64,000 nt of DNA from positions 64,001 to 128,000 of the IMG/VR virus record IMGVR_UViG_3300009514_000888. One strand, given 5' to 3'. The notes under the pieces were generated by a model. The model did no database searches, was not told the origin of the DNA, and saw only the letters and a list, made by a program, of their open reading frames with translations. The position numbers and the translations under genes were made by a program. This stretch comes from a virus. Each line of letters opens with the position of its first letter. Within the stretch, counting starts at the first letter, position 1. This document shows positions 58,935 to 64,000 of the stretch, piece after piece.

Positions 58935-59536
58935 TGCATAACTTGGAAATCCAGAAATTAGCGCAAGATACGGTTGTCGGTAGATATGATATCTACAAAC
59001 TCGTTAAAAAGATTGGGCTTAATAACAATGTTGCCGAGATAGGGGTGGCAAAAGGTAAGAACTTCGCCAAAATCGTCTGGTATGCTCTGCCCAAGTATGC
59101 GGTGGGCATTGATCTTTGGGAATGGACAGAAGACAATTTGTGGTGGACACAGGAGTTCTTTGATAGTTACCGACGTAAAATAATAGAAGCAAAACCCGCT
59201 CTGGAAGAAAAGACCGGGGCTAAAATTGACTACATCAAGGGCGACTGCCACAAAATAGTTCATCAGTTTGAGGATGAATTTTTTGACTTCATATACATCG
59301 ACTGCGACCATAGATACGAATATGTCAAAAGAGACCTGAATGACTGGTGGCCCAAGCTGCGATCTGGAGGGATCATGGCAGGGCATGACTATCTAGAGAA
59401 ATCTTGCTGGAAAGGCGCGTGGACCTACGGAGTCGTGACTGCCGTGAATGAGTTTGTGAAGGAACATGAACTTTCCTGGATGCATTTAACTACTAAAGAT
59501 AGCGATCCTAGCTATATGTTCCTGAAACCAGAGTGA
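58931..59536 (+). CDS. Methyltransf_24-like methyltransferase
   Basis: AEIGV, DFIYIDCDH, GGIMAGHDY. Confidence 0.85.
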   Translation: MMHNLEIQKLAQDTVVGRYDIYKLVKKIGLNNNVAEIGVAKGKNFAKIVWYALPKYAVGIDLWEWTEDNLWWTQEFFDSYRRKIIEAKPALEEKTGAKIDYIKGDCHKIVHQFEDEFFDFIYIDCDHRYEYVKRDLNDWWPKLRSGGIMAGHDYLEKSCWKGAWTYGVVTAVNEFVKEHELSWMHLTTKDSDPSYMFLKPE

Positions 59537-59656
59537 GTGTAAGCAACGGGGGACAAACTGAGCCATATCGAATTTGCCAATGCATTTCGCGGTTTCAGCC
59601 CCCAACAACTGACGAGCGTTAAGCACCTTTCTAACTTCATTTGCTGCCAGGCTGGT

Positions 59657-60244
59657 TTGGCTCTCAATCGAAAATCAATCGATATGGACCTTTCCCGTTT
59701 GATAGAATGTTGGGGCGGCGTCAAATGCAAACAGTATCCCGATGAGCTGGCTCGATTACTGGTTTATATCTATAATAATAAGCATAAAATCAATAGTTAC
59801 CTGGAAGTGGGTATAGAAAATGGGGGAACGTTTTTTGTGATAGACAGCTTCTTGAGAGCAGTCAATCCGAAATACGAAGGGGGGTACGGGGTGGATGTGC
59901 GATATCGTCGCGGTAGCCTCAATATGATCTTGGACTACCAGATGGCGTACCCTGATAGCTATATCAAGATAGTTCATGCCAACCATGTTTATGAATGGAC
60001 GGTTCCCAAAACCTTTGACCTGTGTTTCATCGATGCAGAACATCGCTATCATGCAGTTCTTAGGGATTACACGAAGTATAAGCCGTTCTCAAAGATTATG
60101 GCTTTTCATGATATTGCGTTGCCTATGCGAGAGAAGTCCACATCGGATTTGTGGGAAGAAATTAAAACAGAAGATTCGATAGAAATATTGAATGAGGACG
60201 ATAGATTTCGTACTCCGGTTGGAATCGGAATACTGAATCCGTGA
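59657..60244 (+). CDS. Methyltransf_24-like methyltransferase (5' end uncertain; frame open from 59543)
   Basis: YLEVGI..GG, DLCFIDAEH, AFHDI. Confidence 0.75.
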   Translation: MALNRKSIDMDLSRLIECWGGVKCKQYPDELARLLVYIYNNKHKINSYLEVGIENGGTFFVIDSFLRAVNPKYEGGYGVDVRYRRGSLNMILDYQMAYPDSYIKIVHANHVYEWTVPKTFDLCFIDAEHRYHAVLRDYTKYKPFSKIMAFHDIALPMREKSTSDLWEEIKTEDSIEILNEDDRFRTPVGIGILNP

Positions 60245-60984
60245 AACCAACTCAGAAATCAGCAGATATCTACCGATGCTTCGGCACTGGACTCGGGGAC
60301 ATTCTTATATCCCTGAGTGTTTATTATGACTACAGTCAGAACCGCAATGAGATCATGCAACTGTCCTCGTGGTATCCTAAATATATAGGAGAATCCTGCA
60401 AACATCGAAACTGCGATCTTAAATTAAGAGAGATATATTCCCTGATTGAGGAACCCGAAAATGCCGCGATAGAAATTGTCAAAGATGAGCCTACGCATAT
60501 ATTTAATGTGGATGCCATGAATCAAACAGTATTTAAGAGATCAAGGCCATGTTGGCTACCGCGTCAGCATAAGACTATATCTTATCAATTGAATGCATCC
60601 TCCAAAAGGCGTTACAATATGTCTCAGGAACAGCAGGGAGAGTTGATATGCCAATGGCAGAAAAAGGGATATGAGACAGTGGGTTTGGGGACTCGCTTCT
60701 CTTTGGAAGAATGCGCCAAAGTGTTGTCGAACAGCTGGGCGTTCGTGGGGGCTGCAAGCGGAATGGCTTCTCTCGGATATGCGGTAGGCGTGCCTGTGTT
60801 TTTGATACGTAATGGATTCTGCTTGGACTATCTGATGCAAATCAGGCATGGTCATTTTGTTATTGTCGAGGATTATGACGAGTTCCAGGAGACGTTCCCT
60901 CAATATCTGTCGCATGGCATGGATTATTATAGACAGATCGCTTGTAATGCAGACCTCCTGAATCATCCGATACAAACGTCATGA
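60241..60984 (+). CDS. GT-B/GT9-like hypothetical protein
   Basis: GLGDIL; FVGAASGM. Confidence 0.5.
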   Translation: MKPTQKSADIYRCFGTGLGDILISLSVYYDYSQNRNEIMQLSSWYPKYIGESCKHRNCDLKLREIYSLIEEPENAAIEIVKDEPTHIFNVDAMNQTVFKRSRPCWLPRQHKTISYQLNASSKRRYNMSQEQQGELICQWQKKGYETVGLGTRFSLEECAKVLSNSWAFVGAASGMASLGYAVGVPVFLIRNGFCLDYLMQIRHGHFVIVEDYDEFQETFPQYLSHGMDYYRQIACNADLLNHPIQTS

Positions 60985-61748
60985 ATGTATTAGTCACAGG
61001 CCATAGCGGATTCATTGGCTCGCATCTCTATCGTGCTCTTTTGGCTGACGGCCATTATGTTCTGGGATGGGATGATGTCCGGAACCCATCTTCCATTACC
61101 ATGGCCGTCAGTCAAGCAGATGTCATTTTTCATCTAGGCGCTCGCGTCAATACATTGGAACAGGATGTGAATCGCATTATGTTCGAGAACTACCATATCA
61201 CAAAGATATTGGTTGATGAGGCAGAAGAAAATGGAGCAAAGGTTGTATTCGCATCTTCTGCGGCGACTTATGGCGTCTCTGGTACACCAGCAAATGCCTA
61301 TGGATGGAGCAAGTATTGCGCCGAGCAATATGGACTTAAAGCTTGCTCTAGATTTGTCTCCTTACGCTACTTTAATGTCTATGGACCAGGAGAGGGGCAC
61401 AAGGGAGCGATGGCGTCCGTGGCTACACAGTCGATGCAGAAAGGAAGTTTTACACTATTTCCAGGTAAACCATCAAGAGATTTCGTTTATGTCTTTGATG
61501 TTGTTAACGCGAATATCTGGGCCATGGAAAATATTGAGCATGGAGTTTATGAGGTAGGTAGCGGAGAATCCAGAACCTTTGAGGATGTATTAAGCATATT
61601 GGGCATTCCATTCGATTACCATGACGCATCATCCATTCCGCATGGATATCAGATGCGAACACAGTCTGATTGCGAACAATGGATGCCTGGCTGGAGTCCA
61701 CGCTATACGCTAGAATCCGGGTTAACGGAATATTTGAGATCGCCATGA
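60981..61748 (+). CDS. NAD-dependent epimerase, HldD/RfaD-like
   Basis: VTGHSGFIG, ASSAATYG, YGWSK, LRYFNVYGP.E.HKG.MASV. Confidence 0.75.
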   Translation: MNVLVTGHSGFIGSHLYRALLADGHYVLGWDDVRNPSSITMAVSQADVIFHLGARVNTLEQDVNRIMFENYHITKILVDEAEENGAKVVFASSAATYGVSGTPANAYGWSKYCAEQYGLKACSRFVSLRYFNVYGPGEGHKGAMASVATQSMQKGSFTLFPGKPSRDFVYVFDVVNANIWAMENIEHGVYEVGSGESRTFEDVLSILGIPFDYHDASSIPHGYQMRTQSDCEQWMPGWSPRYTLESGLTEYLRSP

Positions 61749-62725
61749 AGAAAGCATATATCATTGGTATATCTGGCCAGGACGGTTCTTTGATGGCGGA
61801 TTTGTTGCATCGAAAGGGATACCAGGTGGCGGGCTGCTGCCGAAACGAACGGCAAGCATCCGCCTATCTCAGGGAGAAAGCAAAAGTCAATCGCGTTGAC
61901 TTGAATGTAGATATCAAGAAGATTGTCCATCGTATCGCTAGATTCTGTCCAAACGAAATATATAATTTTGCAGGCGTAACAGAACTGGAAACATCTCTTG
62001 ATTTCCCTGCCTATACTATGAACGTGAATGCATATGTCATTATGGAGATGATCGAAAAACTGAGCCAGATTCGCAAGTTTGCAAGACACCAGATCAAGTT
62101 CTGCTTGGCGAATTCATGCGAAATCTTTGGCGATCATCCAGGCCCGCATACAGAATTGACGCCGCTTAGCCCGCAATCCCCCTATGCTACAGCCAAGGCT
62201 GCTCTTTTGGAGATGTCCAGGCATTACCGTCGAAAGGGTATCTTTGTCTCAAATGCTATTTTACACAATCACGAGAGTCATGCGAGGCGAAAGGGGGTCG
62301 TTTACAGGGTTACATCTTTTGCCAAAGCATACGCAGCTTCGTCGCTGACGCTTGGCAATGTCGATACCTGCCGAGACTGGGGGTATGCCCAGGATTACAT
62401 GGATGCCATGTGGCTCATGAACCAGCATGACTCGCCTGACGACTATGTTGTTGCTTCTGGGGTATCTCATTCTGTGAAAGAGATGTGTACGATGGCGATG
62501 AGGCAGAGGGATATAGAGATGGAATGGACGACCGGCCCGGAGATATTCGCTTATGACAAGCGAACTGGATATAAGGTGTTTGTGTCTGATCCTGGAAGAA
62601 GTCGTCCAGGAGATGTCCCCAAACGATCTGGGAACATCTCTAAGATTCAGAAGGCTCTTGGCTGGAGCCCGCAGATGACATTTTCTGAGATGATTCGACT
62701 TCTTGTTTCTGGCGAATCTGCTTGA
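61745..62725 (+). CDS. gmd: GDP-mannose 4,6-dehydratase-like
   Basis: GISGQDG, SPYATAK, NHES, LGN....RDWGYA.DY. Confidence 0.8.
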   Translation: MKKAYIIGISGQDGSLMADLLHRKGYQVAGCCRNERQASAYLREKAKVNRVDLNVDIKKIVHRIARFCPNEIYNFAGVTELETSLDFPAYTMNVNAYVIMEMIEKLSQIRKFARHQIKFCLANSCEIFGDHPGPHTELTPLSPQSPYATAKAALLEMSRHYRRKGIFVSNAILHNHESHARRKGVVYRVTSFAKAYAASSLTLGNVDTCRDWGYAQDYMDAMWLMNQHDSPDDYVVASGVSHSVKEMCTMAMRQRDIEMEWTTGPEIFAYDKRTGYKVFVSDPGRSRPGDVPKRSGNISKIQKALGWSPQMTFSEMIRLLVSGESA

Positions 62726-63704
62726 TTTTTTCAGCATCGCTGCCGTAATGGAGAGCGCCGCCCTCGTAATACCATTCGATTGCCCGAATCACATCCATCG
62801 GCTTGATCATGTCCATGCACCTTGGGATGACCAGGTGATCGCTGATTCTCACGGGATATTCGCATAAATCCTTGCGATCTTTAATATCTCCATCGCCTAT
62901 TTTTTGGCAGCGAGATTTCCAGCATCCGCCATTATCGCAACAGTCCAGGCTACCATTGACCGCCAAGAAGCGATGGTGCGGATAGGCTTCCCACTGGGGC
63001 GGTTCACGGCCTCCGGCTATGACAACTGCGGCCCTGTTTAGGGGGCGGCCTGGCTTGACTGGAGCGGCTGCGGCAAGATGCATCGCCCATGTTACAGGGC
63101 ATAACACTCCCACTGAATGATAAACCAGGCGAATGAATTGACGGGCATCTGTTTTTCCAATGAGATCAATCACATTTTCTAGCTTAGGATGAAAATGACC
63201 CTTTTCTCCAACCTGTACAAATGTGATTCTGCCTAAAAAATGGTTGACGACCTGCTGATACCAGTCAGGATTCCACCACTTGCTTGAGAAGTCCGTCTTC
63301 CCACCAGCCACAATGACCCAAAAGTCGTCGTCCAAACCTATCTCCTGAACTTGACTCATCCAAGACTGCTCGTCCTCCGAAAGATGAATATCTCCCTTGA
63401 AATCGATGGGCCTGAGGTTGATCTCTAATTGATCAGATAGAAAGTCATGAAAACCATGAATGAAGTGATAAGGAGAGGTATTGCTGCGATGGATCAATGG
63501 ATATTCGCATTCCAGGACTTTAACATCATCATCATTTTCGTCTAACTTTATAATGTAGGGATTGTTTTCCCAGATTGCGTCGCATGGTGTGCGAACATCC
63601 GTTTGATATTGGTCAGGAAATGTAATATGCAGATCGCGTATCGCCGCTGTCAGCATCATGATGTCGCCAGGACAAAGGCTGTGCTTAAGAACATATTTCT
63701 TCAT
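62640..63704 (-). CDS. GT9-like glycosyltransferase, convergent with gmd
   Basis: PGDIMMLTAAIRDL, DLIGKT..RQ, HLAAA. Confidence 0.75.
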   Translation of the reverse strand: MKKYVLKHSLCPGDIMMLTAAIRDLHITFPDQYQTDVRTPCDAIWENNPYIIKLDENDDDVKVLECEYPLIHRSNTSPYHFIHGFHDFLSDQLEINLRPIDFKGDIHLSEDEQSWMSQVQEIGLDDDFWVIVAGGKTDFSSKWWNPDWYQQVVNHFLGRITFVQVGEKGHFHPKLENVIDLIGKTDARQFIRLVYHSVGVLCPVTWAMHLAAAAPVKPGRPLNRAAVVIAGGREPPQWEAYPHHRFLAVNGSLDCCDNGGCWKSRCQKIGDGDIKDRKDLCEYPVRISDHLVIPRCMDMIKPMDVIRAIEWYYEGGALHYGSDAEKIKQIRQKQEVESSQKMSSAGSSQEPSES

Positions 63705-63991
63705 GCATCATATTTCGGTTTTTCTGCTTTGTCGCTTTTGCCTCGTCCGCTGCGAGACAGTTCTTCCTCCGTCCATTCATCGCGGAAGCCTGCCCCGAGA
63801 CGCCCATAGTCTTTGACAATAGGCAGTAGCTTGGTGGAAGAGAACGCCCCTATCACCGTCTGAATGTCCTCAATATCTTCCTCGGTTTTCAACTTTTTCG
63901 CAAAATCTGAAATACCCAATGCGAGAGCCATGCTCCCCAGCATGCCGTCTTCCGTGCCGGATAGCTTGTCGCTGATATCAAAATGATCCAA
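63701..63991 (-). CDS. Hypothetical protein
   Basis: 96 aa; ATGA overlap with the GT9-like gene. Confidence 0.55.
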   Translation of the reverse strand: MDHFDISDKLSGTEDGMLGSMALALGISDFAKKLKTEEDIEDIQTVIGAFSSTKLLPIVKDYGRLGAGFRDEWTEEELSRSGRGKSDKAEKPKYDA

Positions 63992-64000
63992 AAGCCTCCG

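Overview
This window is part of a large (jumbo-type) tailed phage genome. It is gene-dense, uses the standard genetic code, and is almost entirely on the + strand up to 62.7 kb. All product calls come from motifs recognised by eye; no database search was run. 1-20.3 kb is the head-assembly module. It holds a portal protein with two inteins 18 aa apart and a C-terminal DUF559/Vsr-like nuclease domain, a 2244-aa prohead protease-scaffold fusion with an Ala1 intein, and a decoration-like protein. It also holds a major capsid gene that the ORF track misses because three group I introns split it (exons 16836-16965, 18061-18095, 18511-18688, 19723-20252; 290 aa when spliced). 20-47 kb is accessory. 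It contains free-standing endonucleases, a Toprim + UvrD-like helicase pair, a subtilase, and a fractured GMP reductase (split intein halves flanking a Vsr-like endonuclease). It also contains glpX, a DUF3445-like protein, an ExbB/ExbD-like membrane trio, a ThiF-family enzyme, a tandem paralog pair of Ala/Asn/Gln-rich proteins, and a membrane protein with an AT-hook. 47-64 kb is a ~17-kb glycan-modification cluster (about 9 glycosyltransferase-like genes, 4 methyltransferase genes, Gmd and an HldD-like epimerase), into which a non-autonomous IsrB/omegaRNA element has inserted. Cross-cutting signals are a recurring aromatic...K-x-A peptide motif (possible capsid-targeting or maturation signal), a ~55-aa module shared by a protease, a glycosyltransferase and an unknown protein, an A10 slippery site that fuses two head-region ORFs, and an AGGA-N17-GWAWH promoter-like motif. 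No tRNA, rRNA or CRISPR array was seen.
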